DNA of 64,000 bases, from positions 578,172 to 642,171 of the forward strand of contig OY970358.1 in assembly GCA_963718575.1 (NCBI GenBank), written 5' to 3'. The stretch is from an uncultured bacterium (GTDB lineage Bacteria; Patescibacteriota; Minisyncoccia; UBA6257; 2-01-FULL-56-20). The first letter of the stretch is position 1; each line of letters begins with the position of its first letter. Both the position numbers and the translations under genes were made by a program. The notes below the pieces were generated by a model. The model did not search any database, had not been told where the DNA came from, and saw nothing but the letters and a program-made list of their open reading frames with translations. Shown here piece after piece: positions 50,188 to 59,226 of this stretch.

Positions 50188-50304
50188 AACCGAAGCGCGA
50201 TAAAGGGGATATCATTCCGAGCTTTGCGAGAGATCCGGCGAATGCCATGGGCCGCGCGATCTTTCCTAAAGCTCAGGATGATAGAACTCTCCGGGTTCGC
50301 GGTT
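50188..50304 (+). promoter_or_regulatory. Long stem-loop in the pnp leader
   Basis: TATCATTCCGAGCTTT (50210-50225) pairs with AAAGCTCAGGATGATA (50268-50283), with additional inner and outer stems. Confidence 0.65.
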
Positions 50305-50317
50305 CTATCAAAATAAT

Positions 50318-52459
50318 ATGTTACAAAAAAAGCAGTTTTCGGTTGAGGTCGCAGGGAAGACGTTGACGATCGAGGTGTCGGCGCTCGCCGAGCAGGCGAA
50401 TGCGGCGGTGATCGCAAAGTACGGCGAGACCGTCGTGCTCGCGACCGCGGTGATGGCGCGCAAGGACAGCGACATTGATTACTTGCCGCTCAAGGTGGAT
50501 TATGAAGAGAAGTTCTATGCCGCAGGGAAGATTTTAGGCTCGCGTTACGTGCGCCGCGAAGGCCGTTCGTCCGAAGAGGCGATCTTGGCTGGCCGCTTGG
50601 TGGACCGCACCATCCGCCCGCTCTTCAACGACAAGATGCGCCGCGAGATCCAGGTGGTCGTCACCGTGTTGCAGATCGACGAGCAGAACGATCCGGAATT
50701 CGTCGGATTGCTCGGCGTTTCGACCGCGTTGCTCATTTCCGACATCCCGTGGAACGGGCCCGTCGCCGGCGTGCGCGTTGCGCAAAAGACGGACGACAAG
50801 CAGTTCGTCGTGAACCCCGACAACAGTGCCATCATCGAGCCGAACCTTCCGATCTTCGACGCGTTCGTTTCCGGCTCCAAGGATCGCATCAATATGATCG
50901 AACTTGGCGGATTGGACGCGCAGGAGAAGGATGTCGTCGCGGGATTCAAGCTGGCACAGACCGAGATCAATAAACTGATCGCGTTCCAGGAACAGATCCG
51001 GAAAGAGATCGGCAAGCCCAAGGCAGTCGTTGCGCTCGCGGAGCCCGATGCGGAGATCCAGGCGGAAGTCCGCGCGTTCCTGGCGGACAAGCTTGAGGCG
51101 GCGATCTACAAGCCGACGAAGGTGGAGCACACGACCGCGGTCGGCGCGCTGCATCATGAATTGAACTTGCACATCAAGGAAAAATTCGGCGCTACGAAGG
51201 AGAAGATCAACTGGAAAGCGGTGGAATTTTTCTACGATGAAATGGTGAACGACCTCGTCCATAAGAATATTTTGGAAAAAGATCAGCGCCCGGATGGACG
51301 CAGACTCGATGAGGTTCGCGCGCTCGACGCCGAAGTGGGACTCTTCTCGCGCACGCACGGTTCGGCGCTTTTCGTTCGCGGGAACACGCAGGCGCTCGCA
51401 ATCACGACGCTCGCGGCGCCCGGGGCCGAGCAGATGATCGAGACGATGGAGACCACCGGCAAACGCCGTTTCATGTTGCACTACAACTTCCCGCCGTTCT
51501 CGGTCGGTGAGGTCGGCTCGTTCCGCGGCCCCGGGCGCCGCGAGATCGGCCACGGCAACCTCGCGCGCAAATCGCTCGAGCGTTTGATCCCGAGCAAAGA
51601 AGAGTTCCCGTACACGATCCGCGTCGTTTCGGAGATCATGTCTTCGAACGGCTCGTCGTCGCAGGCGACGGTCTGCGCGGCGGCGCTCTCGATGATGGAC
51701 GCCGGCGTGCCGCTCAAGAAGCCGGCCGCGGGCATCGCGATGGGACTCATGATGGCGTTCAACGCGGACGGCACTGCCGACGTGAACAACTACAAAATTT
51801 TGACCGACATCCAGGGACCGGAAGATCACCATGGCGACATGGACTTTAAGGTTGCGGGAACGAACGACGGCGTGACTGGCGTGCAGATGGACGTTAAAGT
51901 GGACGGACTCACGATTGAACTCTTGGAGAAAGCATTCGCGCAGGCACGCGAAGCACGCTTGCACATCTTGAAGACGATCGTCGCGACGCTCCCCGCCGCT
52001 CGCACGGCGATCTCGCAGTTCGTGCCGAAGATCCGTCAGTTCAAGATCGACCCGGCGAAGATCGGCACGGTCATTGGCCCTGGCGGTAAGATGATCAATG
52101 GCCTCATTGCAAAATACGAATTGGCGGGCATCGACATCGAAGAGGATGGCGGCGTGTATGTCTCGGGCGTTGACCTCGCAAAAGTGGAGGCCGCTGTTGC
52201 AGAGATCATGGGTATGACGAAGGAATGGAAAGTGGGCGAGATCGTAGAAGGCCCGATCGTCAAGATCCTCGAGTTCGGCGCGATCGTCGACCTCGGCGGC
52301 GGTGCCGACGGCATGATCCACGTCTCCGAGCTCAAGCAGGGATTCGTGAAGCAGGTGGAAGATGTTGTCCATCTCGGCGACCACGTCCGCGCAAAGATTA
52401 TTAAAGCGGAGAACGGCAAGATCGGCTTGTCACTGAAGCAGATGGAAGGCGTGAAGTAA
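50318..52459 (+). CDS. pnp: Polyribonucleotide nucleotidyltransferase
   Basis: DRTIRPLF, HGSALF.RG.TQ, RREIGHG, GDMDFKVAG, KH and S1 domains. Confidence 0.98.
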   Translation: MLQKKQFSVEVAGKTLTIEVSALAEQANAAVIAKYGETVVLATAVMARKDSDIDYLPLKVDYEEKFYAAGKILGSRYVRREGRSSEEAILAGRLVDRTIRPLFNDKMRREIQVVVTVLQIDEQNDPEFVGLLGVSTALLISDIPWNGPVAGVRVAQKTDDKQFVVNPDNSAIIEPNLPIFDAFVSGSKDRINMIELGGLDAQEKDVVAGFKLAQTEINKLIAFQEQIRKEIGKPKAVVALAEPDAEIQAEVRAFLADKLEAAIYKPTKVEHTTAVGALHHELNLHIKEKFGATKEKINWKAVEFFYDEMVNDLVHKNILEKDQRPDGRRLDEVRALDAEVGLFSRTHGSALFVRGNTQALAITTLAAPGAEQMIETMETTGKRRFMLHYNFPPFSVGEVGSFRGPGRREIGHGNLARKSLERLIPSKEEFPYTIRVVSEIMSSNGSSSQATVCAAALSMMDAGVPLKKPAAGIAMGLMMAFNADGTADVNNYKILTDIQGPEDHHGDMDFKVAGTNDGVTGVQMDVKVDGLTIELLEKAFAQAREARLHILKTIVATLPAARTAISQFVPKIRQFKIDPAKIGTVIGPGGKMINGLIAKYELAGIDIEEDGGVYVSGVDLAKVEAAVAEIMGMTKEWKVGEIVEGPIVKILEFGAIVDLGGGADGMIHVSELKQGFVKQVEDVVHLGDHVRAKIIKAENGKIGLSLKQMEGVK

Positions 52460-52554
52460 TAAAAGCGCCCATCGCCGCCGAGCGTTTGAGTGTTCCTCGC
52501 GGGACTTCCGTTGATCACCTACGCAGTAACGAAACAGCGATGGGCGCTTTTATT
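52458..52554. repeat. 18-bp inverted repeat enclosing a structured 61-nt loop (terminator-like)
   Basis: AATAAAAGCGCCCATCGC / GCGATGGGCGCTTTTATT. Confidence 0.75.
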
Positions 52555-52595
52555 TGTGCGTCATATAAGATTTTTGTGCTAAAATAAGAGGAATA

Positions 52596-53015
52596 ATGGA
52601 CAGCTTTATTGATAAAACCGTGGTGAACACTCCGCCGCCTCCGCCGTTGGAGATAAAAATCCGTACGATGCGGTCGGATATTGACTCAATGATGAAGAGC
52701 GGGGGAGGCGCGCCGGTGTTTCAGGACGTCGCCGTTTCCGGACTTTCCATGGAAAAGGAATATATCCCCGCTCCTTTTACGACGTCGCCGATGCCATCTA
52801 CGGCTTCGACGCCCACCGAGCAAGCTCCCGTGACAACGCCTCAGATCCAAATAGAAGAACAAAGATTTCCCGCCGCGACCACCCCTGAGCCCGCGCCCCA
52901 GCCGGTTGTTGGAGAGGAGGCGGGGAGCGACCTTGTTCCGAAAATATTTGTGGGAATTGTTGCCCTGGTTGCGATCGGAGTCGTGGGTTATTTCGCGTAT
53001 ACCATATTTAAATAA
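52596..53015 (+). CDS. Pro/Thr-rich protein with C-terminal TM anchor
   Basis: IKIRTMRSD motif, low-complexity linker, terminal TM. Confidence 0.75.
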   Translation: MDSFIDKTVVNTPPPPPLEIKIRTMRSDIDSMMKSGGGAPVFQDVAVSGLSMEKEYIPAPFTTSPMPSTASTPTEQAPVTTPQIQIEEQRFPAATTPEPAPQPVVGEEAGSDLVPKIFVGIVALVAIGVVGYFAYTIFK

Positions 53016-53336
53016 ACCAGCATGTAATATAAAAAGTGGGGCCGAATGCTTTGTGCACAACAGCCCCACTGTGACTCCCATATCAATCCACCCGATAGAT
53101 TCTTCCTCTTACCCTCTTTTTCCATCGACAGCCAGAGGTGGCAGGTAGGATCTTTCATCCGAAAGACAAGGAAGATCTGGGTCTTGCTGCCACTCCCAAA
53201 CCAGTCTTTTCCAAAGACCAACTCCTCTCTTTCGCTCGAAGAAAAACCAATCCGAGATGATCGCGCCAACCCTTCCCAGGAAAGCAGCGACTATTGCGGG
53301 GATATAGTTAATTACTTCGCCTATTGGGCCTTCTTT

Positions 53337-54419
53337 TTATTCCTTCTCTTCTGCCTCCGGTTTTTCCGCTATGCCGTCGCCGTTCTTATACGCCTCCGCG
53401 GTCTTCTTTTTTATCTCTTCAAAAAGTTTTTTGTCTTCCTTCAGTTTTGTTTTTGAATTCTCGAATCCGACGCCCAGCCGTTCGCCGTTGTAGCTAAAGC
53501 TCGCCCCGGATTTTTTGACCACGCCGTGATTGACCGCCGCGTTCAGCACGTCGCCCGTGTAGGAGATCCCTTCGCCGAACAAGATATCGAATTCCGCTGA
53601 CTTGAACGGCGGAGCGACTTTGTTCTTTGCCACCTTGGCCTTCACGCGATTGCCGACGACCACTTCTCCTTTCTTTACCTGCGCGATGCGGCGGATGTCG
53701 ATGCGCACCGATGCGGCGAAGGGGAGCGCGCGGCCGCCCGGCGTCGTTTCCGGATTCCCGAACATAATGCCGATCTTCATACGGAGCTGGTTGATGAAGA
53801 TGATGAGCGTTCCGCTATTTGCGGCGATCGCAGTGAGCTTGCGCAATGCCTGACCCATCATCCGCGCCTGGCGGCCGACGTGCTGTTCGCCCATCTCGCC
53901 TTCGAGCTCCGCGCGCGGCGTGAGCGCCGCGACGGAATCGACGACGACGACGGAGATGATCCCCGATCGCACGATGCTTTCCAAGATGTTCAATGCCTCC
54001 TCGCCGCTGTCCGGCTGTGAGATGAGCAGTTCGTTCACGTTCACGCCAAGTTTTGCGGCGTATTCAGGATCCATCGCATGCTCTGCGTCGATGAACGCCG
54101 CTTTGCCGCCCTGCTTCTGCGCCTGGGCCACGACGTTCAGCGCGAGCGTGGTCTTGCCGCTCGATTCAGGACCGAAAATTTCCGTGATGCGTCCGCGCGG
54201 CAAGCCGCCGACGCCGAGCGCGAGGTCGAGAGAGAACGATCCGGTCGGCACGACTGACACGCTTACATGGGTCATATCGCCCATCTTCATGATCGCGCCT
54301 TCGCCGAACTTATCCTGGAGCGATGAGAGAAGCTCGTCCACCTCTTTATTGCTCGCGTGCTTTTCCGTCACCGGCGGTTTCTGTTCTGCTTTGCCCTGCC
54401 CCTTTTTAGATGTTTTCAT
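53337..54419 (-). CDS. recA: Recombinase A
   Basis: [32 protein letters not shown]. Confidence 0.98.
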   Translation of the reverse strand: MKTSKKGQGKAEQKPPVTEKHASNKEVDELLSSLQDKFGEGAIMKMGDMTHVSVSVVPTGSFSLDLALGVGGLPRGRITEIFGPESSGKTTLALNVVAQAQKQGGKAAFIDAEHAMDPEYAAKLGVNVNELLISQPDSGEEALNILESIVRSGIISVVVVDSVAALTPRAELEGEMGEQHVGRQARMMGQALRKLTAIAANSGTLIIFINQLRMKIGIMFGNPETTPGGRALPFAASVRIDIRRIAQVKKGEVVVGNRVKAKVAKNKVAPPFKSAEFDILFGEGISYTGDVLNAAVNHGVVKKSGASFSYNGERLGVGFENSKTKLKEDKKLFEEIKKKTAEAYKNGDGIAEKPEAEEKE

Positions 54420-54484
54420 ATGCCTCATTATATCAGAGCCACCATTAAATATATATTAACTTTGGGTTAAAAATAGCTTAAATC

Positions 54485-55231
54485 CTAAAGAGCCGGCGTT
54501 CCAGTGGTGGCTGCGCCTGCCGGGGTGGTGTCGGAAGCGGCTCCCGTGGTGGAACTTGCTGTCGAGCTTGGCGTCGTGCCGCCGGGCGGCTGATAGAATA
54601 TCTGTTCCGTGACGGTTGTCACCCCGCCGAGGAACTTCTTTGCCGAGATCTCGAACGGGTTTGGGCCGGTGCCGAGGAGTACGCCTTTCTGCCATGAGCC
54701 GTCGGCGGCGATGATGATTTGCTCGGTCTCGCCGTTCGCGCCTACGAGATAGAGCGAATCCGCGCCGCTCACCGTGCCGGACAATGTGACCGTGCTCGAC
54801 GTCGTCACGTATGGATTTGCGTCGGGGAATTGCACGACGAGCGTCGGATGGCCGAATATGCGCGGTGCCTGGAAGGCGAGATAGATGAGCACGAGAATTC
54901 CCGCACCGATCGCCCAAAGATATTTCGGCGGCGATTGTTTGATGAACCGGTTCCGCGGAAGCGTATCGAGCTCGCCGGAATTTTTAATCACTCCTTGTTT
55001 TTTTAATATCGTCCACCACTCTTCACCGTCGAATTCGAGGATCGTTCCAAGATGGATCATGTAGCCGTGGAAGTACGGCGCCGACGGCATGCTGTCGTAA
55101 TCGCCACGAAGCAGTGATTCGATGTGTGCCGGTGCGATACCCGTCATCTCGGCGATCTTCTTAAGGGAGAGGCCCTTTTCCTTCATCTTTTCCGCAAAAA
55201 ACTGTTCAAAGGGGATCTCGTTGGGATTCAT
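54485..55231 (-). CDS. RodZ-like protein (HTH, TM, Ig-like domain)
   Basis: N-terminal HTH (LE.G.Y..MPS..Y..GY pattern), TM, beta-rich C-terminus; lies downstream of ftsK. Confidence 0.8.
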   Translation of the reverse strand: MNPNEIPFEQFFAEKMKEKGLSLKKIAEMTGIAPAHIESLLRGDYDSMPSAPYFHGYMIHLGTILEFDGEEWWTILKKQGVIKNSGELDTLPRNRFIKQSPPKYLWAIGAGILVLIYLAFQAPRIFGHPTLVVQFPDANPYVTTSSTVTLSGTVSGADSLYLVGANGETEQIIIAADGSWQKGVLLGTGPNPFEISAKKFLGGVTTVTEQIFYQPPGGTTPSSTASSTTGAASDTTPAGAATTGTPAL

Positions 55232-55251
55232 ATATCCTGATGATAAGGCGC

Positions 55252-55432
55252 AATAAGAAAATAGTCCATTTCTAAGCCTGCCTTACATGAGGGCACGTTC
55301 CTTTTGAAAGGACGGCGTTCCGGTCTGCTGACCGGCCGCCTTGGCTCTCAGCGCCTTCGCGCTTCCGAGACACCTTTCAAAAGGAACGTGCCCTCATGCA
55401 AGGCAGAATAGCGCAAGAACTATTTTCTTATT
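55252..55432. repeat. 181-bp palindromic element (34-bp plus 14-bp arms) with a branched apex
   Basis: 55278-55311 vs 55373-55406 (one mismatch, G-U on the minus strand); 55252-55265 vs 55419-55432. Confidence 0.9.
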
Positions 55433-55443
55433 ACTTAAGTGAT

Positions 55444-55521
55444 TAAAAAAACACAAAAGACCTATTGCTAGGTCTTTTGTGTTTGATCCAACACAGCGCT
55501 GGAACCCGGCTTACCATCCGT
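55444..55521 (-). ncRNA. Putative ~78-nt sRNA antisense to the adjacent tRNA-like RNA
   Basis: TTGACG-16-TATATT promoter with extended TG (55555-55528); 16-bp GCAA-capped terminator with U tract; 5' 22 nt complementary to the tRNA-like RNA segment 55646-55626. Confidence 0.65.
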
Positions 55522-55591
55522 GATTTCAATATAGCAGGAATAAAATAATCGTCAAATATCTTTTAATAAAAATTTAATATTTCTTTAGGGC

Positions 55592-55661
55592 GGTGGAAGT
55601 GAGGGGTGTCGAGCCCCTTGGATCTGGATGGTAAGCCGGGTCCAGCAACCGTGCCACCCCC
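55592..55661 (-). ncRNA. D-stem-less tRNA-like RNA resembling a tmRNA tRNA-like domain
   Basis: GGGGGUG/CACUUCC acceptor stem followed by A-CC, T-arm AGGGG-CUCGACA-CCCCU, central stem CUGGA/UCCAG with a 12-nt loop. Confidence 0.7.
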
Positions 55662-55788
55662 ACCACGGAGCGAGATTAGCATATAGTGCATTAAATTTAG
55701 GTAAAGTTTTTGTGGGTAATATGGAACGATAAATGATGTTCGAATAAAGTTATAAAAAACTGGGGCCACTAATATAAGTAGCCCCAGG

Positions 55789-56055
55789 TTATGCCGCAAG
55801 CGGAAGTTCGTAGGGAATTTCTGCCTCTACTTCCGAGTCGATGTCGTTCCACCGTTCATCCTCGGGATCGTCCAAGTCAAGACAATAAGGGAAATGTTCC
55901 TTACGGACATGAAGCTTCCCGTTGCCGAGCGCGATGACCAATCCCTCATACTCATCGCCTGGGTCGATAGATTTCTGACAAATCTCGCAATGGTGTTGCT
56001 CTCGAGCGCAAGCGGTATAGGTTCTAAGTAAGCGATAGGCTCTTTTCTCTCGCAC
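55789..56055 (-). CDS. Small Zn-finger-like protein with an acidic tail ending LAA
   Basis: CEIC...H..C; GGAGG SD before GTG; terminator at about 55755-55788. Confidence 0.7.
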   Translation of the reverse strand: MREKRAYRLLRTYTACAREQHHCEICQKSIDPGDEYEGLVIALGNGKLHVRKEHFPYCLDLDDPEDERWNDIDSEVEAEIPYELPLAA

Positions 56056-56110
56056 AGCACATCCTCCTTCCTATTGAAATTGTAAACAAACCAACCCCTA
56101 ATATCAATCG

Positions 56111-58342
56111 TTACGCCAATCTCTGATCGATCTTCTCCATATTCACATCGCGGGGTTTTGCGCCGTCGCCGGGGCCGATGAGGTCGGCGGCTTCCATGAG
56201 GTCGAGGAGGCGCGCGGCGCGGGCGTAGCCGACTTTGAGGCGGCGCTGGAGCAATGATGCGGACGCTTTCTTTGCTTCGGCAACGACGGCGACCGCTTCG
56301 TCGAACATATCATCCTCGCTTTCTTCATCGCTCTCGCCGCTCGCGTTGATGAAGTGATCGAAGCCGACGGGCATGATCGGCCCGGCCTTATCGATATTTT
56401 CCTCGCCATCGCTCTCCGACGGTTCGGGCGCTTCCACTTTGTTATTCTCTTTTATAAATTCAACAACGCTCTTAAGTTCATCTTCTGTGATATACGAACC
56501 TTGAATACGCTTCGGCTTGGAAAGTTCTGCGGAGAGGAAGAGCAGGTCGCCGTGGCCGAGCAATTTTTCCGCGCCGGCGCCGTCGAGGATTGTGCGCGAG
56601 TCGATCTGCGATGCCACCTGGAGCGCGACGCGCGCGGGGATGTTCGCTTTGATGAGGCCGGTGATCACTTCAACCGACGGGCGCTGAGTGGCGAGGAGTA
56701 AGTGGATGCCGGTCGCGCGCGCCATTTGCGCCAGGCGTACGATTGCGCCTTCCACTTCGCGGCCGAACGAGCTCATCAGATCCGCCATTTCATCGATGCC
56801 GATAAGGATGAAGGGGAGTTGGTCTTCGGCTTTTGCTTTCGCGTTATAGCTTTTTACGTCGCGGCTCCCGGCATGTTGCAAGATCTCATAACGCCGATCC
56901 ATTTCCTGGATGGCCCACTTCAAAACGCCGAGAGCCTTTTTATTCTCCGTGATGACCGGGGTGATCAAGTGGGGGATGCCGTCGTACATCGAAAGCTCCA
57001 CGCGCTTCGGGTCGATGAGTACAAGGCGGAGCGTTGCCGGAGAATTTTTATAAAGGAGCGATGTGATGAGTGAGTGCACCAGAATGGATTTTCCGGAACC
57101 GGTGGCGCCGGCGATCAGGATGTGCGGCATCTTCTCGATGTTCGCAAAAATCGGTTCGCCGGAAACGTCGCGGCCGAGCACGAAACCGAGCGGGCCGGAC
57201 TGCATGAACTCCGGATAGTTCATCAACGAGCCGAGGCGCACGAGCGCGGCGGTCTTGTTCGGCACCTCAATGCCGACGAGCGACTTGCCCGGGATCGGCG
57301 CCTCGATGCGGATCGGATGCGCCGCGAGCGAGAGCGCAAGGTCCTGGCTGAGCGCGGTGATGCGCGAGAGCTTTACGCCCTCCGCCGGCTTTAGTGTGTA
57401 GCGCGTGACCGCAGGGCCGACATTGATCTCTCCCATCTCGACCGGGATGCCAAAACTGTCGAGCGTGCGCTTGATGATGTTTGCGTGCGCGAGAAGGTCG
57501 CCGGTGGTCGGCTTACTCATGTCGGAGTTTAAAAGCGAAAGCGGTGGCGGGACGTAGTTCGTGAATACCGGTGCCTTCGCCGGTTTTTTTGCCGCTTTGC
57601 CGAGTTCTTCGCCATTTTTTGCGTGGACGACGGCCAGGTCTTCCTGCGCGCCGGACCTTCCCTCCTTCGCACCGGCATCGTTCTTTGAATCCTTTTTCTT
57701 TCCCGCCTTCTCGATTGCGGCCACTTCTTCATCTGCGCCGGTGACGAGGAGCGGGATATCTTCCTCGTCTTCCGTGCCATCTTCGTCATTCCACGGCCAG
57801 TTCACTTTGATCGGCACGTTCGCCGTCACAAGTACGGAGATGATAAGGATAAAGATGTCGATCGTCGTTGCGGCGATGACGCCGAACGGGCTTCGCAATG
57901 ATCCGAATACGATGCCGAGCCAGCCGCCGTGGCCGGGAGAGAGAAGTTCTATCAGGCCGAGCACGGAAAGGATAAGCAGCGTCGAGCCGATGAGCGTCGT
58001 GGCGAGGATGCGCTTTTGGCGGGAGAGCAGAAATACCGCCGCAGCGAAGAGCAGGGTGGCGGGCAGGATCAGGTAACCCCAGCCAAGGAGTGCGTTGAGT
58101 CCACTATATATAGCGGCGCCCGCCGGCCCGGCGATCGAAAACCATGCAAGCACAAGCACTGCGGCGACGCAGATAAAGCTGACCGCCCAGATACTGTTTC
58201 TTGTTTCCGCGTGGAGGTGCGGTTCGCGCGGCGCCGACTTCCGGGAATTTGCGTTCGCGGCCACGCGTTCGCCGCCGATGCCATTGCCGGAATTCGACCC
58301 GCCGTTCTTTCCTTTGTTCGCCCTCTTCTTTTTCTTCGCCAT
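56111..58342 (-). CDS. ftsK: DNA translocase FtsK/SpoIIIE
   Basis: 4-TM N-terminus, RIEAPIPGKS, AGATGSGKS, DEMADLM, gamma domain LQRRLKVGYARAAR. Confidence 0.97.
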   Translation of the reverse strand: MAKKKKRANKGKNGGSNSGNGIGGERVAANANSRKSAPREPHLHAETRNSIWAVSFICVAAVLVLAWFSIAGPAGAAIYSGLNALLGWGYLILPATLLFAAAVFLLSRQKRILATTLIGSTLLILSVLGLIELLSPGHGGWLGIVFGSLRSPFGVIAATTIDIFILIISVLVTANVPIKVNWPWNDEDGTEDEEDIPLLVTGADEEVAAIEKAGKKKDSKNDAGAKEGRSGAQEDLAVVHAKNGEELGKAAKKPAKAPVFTNYVPPPLSLLNSDMSKPTTGDLLAHANIIKRTLDSFGIPVEMGEINVGPAVTRYTLKPAEGVKLSRITALSQDLALSLAAHPIRIEAPIPGKSLVGIEVPNKTAALVRLGSLMNYPEFMQSGPLGFVLGRDVSGEPIFANIEKMPHILIAGATGSGKSILVHSLITSLLYKNSPATLRLVLIDPKRVELSMYDGIPHLITPVITENKKALGVLKWAIQEMDRRYEILQHAGSRDVKSYNAKAKAEDQLPFILIGIDEMADLMSSFGREVEGAIVRLAQMARATGIHLLLATQRPSVEVITGLIKANIPARVALQVASQIDSRTILDGAGAEKLLGHGDLLFLSAELSKPKRIQGSYITEDELKSVVEFIKENNKVEAPEPSESDGEENIDKAGPIMPVGFDHFINASGESDEESEDDMFDEAVAVVAEAKKASASLLQRRLKVGYARAARLLDLMEAADLIGPGDGAKPRDVNMEKIDQRLA

Positions 58343-58398
58343 TACGTGATTTATTTTAACACCAGTTCGCGATTTCTGCATTTGTTACAATTGAGGAT

Positions 58399-59187
58399 AT
58401 GCCGACACTCTCCCAAAAGGAACTCATCGTCTTCGATCTCGATGGTACGCTCACGCCCAGCAAGTCGCCGCTTGAACCCGCCATGTCCCGGGCGCTTACC
58501 GCACTCCTCGCCCAAAAAAAAGTTGCCGTGATCGGCGGGGGAAGCTATGAGCAGTTCACGAATCAGTTCATCAGGCGGCTTCATTGCCCGCCGGCGTTGT
58601 TAAAAAGTCTCTTTATCTTCCCCACCACTTCAATGGCATTCTATCGGTATCATGGCGGATGGAAGAAAGTGTATCGAAAAGTATTAAAAGAGAGCGAAAA
58701 AAAGAAGATCCTTCGCGCGTTCGACGAGGTGTACGATATGGTTGGCTATGTCCCGCCAAAAAAAATTTGGGGAGAAGTGATTGAAGATCGTGATACACAA
58801 ATGTCTTTTTCGCCGCTAGGACAAAAGATCGTCGATGAGCTCGGTTCAAAAAAAGGTATCGCTCTCAAAGAGCAATGGAGAAAAGAGAACAATCCTCTTC
58901 GTTTAAAGATAGTGAAGTTGTTGGGGAAGAAATTAAAAGGATTCGAGGTTCGCGCCGGAGGTATTACGACCATCGACATCACACGCAAAGGCATCGACAA
59001 GGCCTACGGCGTCCGGCAGATAGAAAAAGTATTAAAAATTCCCATAAAGAACATGGTGTTCATCGGCGATGCGCTCTATCCGGGCGGGAATGACGCGGCG
59101 GCAAAGAAAACGGGGGTGCAAACGATCGCGACGAGTGGGCCGAAAGAAACGATCACAATTATTAAAAAAATATTAAAAACGCGCTAA
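58399..59187 (+). CDS. HAD-IIB hydrolase (phosphomannomutase-like)
   Basis: FDLDGTL, IEDR..Q, GG.TTIDIT.KGIDKAYG, FIGD..PGGND. Confidence 0.9.
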   Translation: MPTLSQKELIVFDLDGTLTPSKSPLEPAMSRALTALLAQKKVAVIGGGSYEQFTNQFIRRLHCPPALLKSLFIFPTTSMAFYRYHGGWKKVYRKVLKESEKKKILRAFDEVYDMVGYVPPKKIWGEVIEDRDTQMSFSPLGQKIVDELGSKKGIALKEQWRKENNPLRLKIVKLLGKKLKGFEVRAGGITTIDITRKGIDKAYGVRQIEKVLKIPIKNMVFIGDALYPGGNDAAAKKTGVQTIATSGPKETITIIKKILKTR

Positions 59188-59226
59188 ACGTTGACGCGAA
59201 GGCGTCAAAAGCGTATATTCTGGGTA

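Noticed and set aside
50534-52384. 616-aa antisense ORF, and similar shadow ORFs over gyrA, rnj, recA and ftsK
   Set aside because: Antisense shadows of conserved genes caused by GC-rich codon bias; no recognisable motifs.
52988-53336. Open frames downstream of recA, one in frame with the recA stop
   Set aside because: No convincing start or motif and the TAA stop is not a typical read-through context; the coding frame cannot be assigned.
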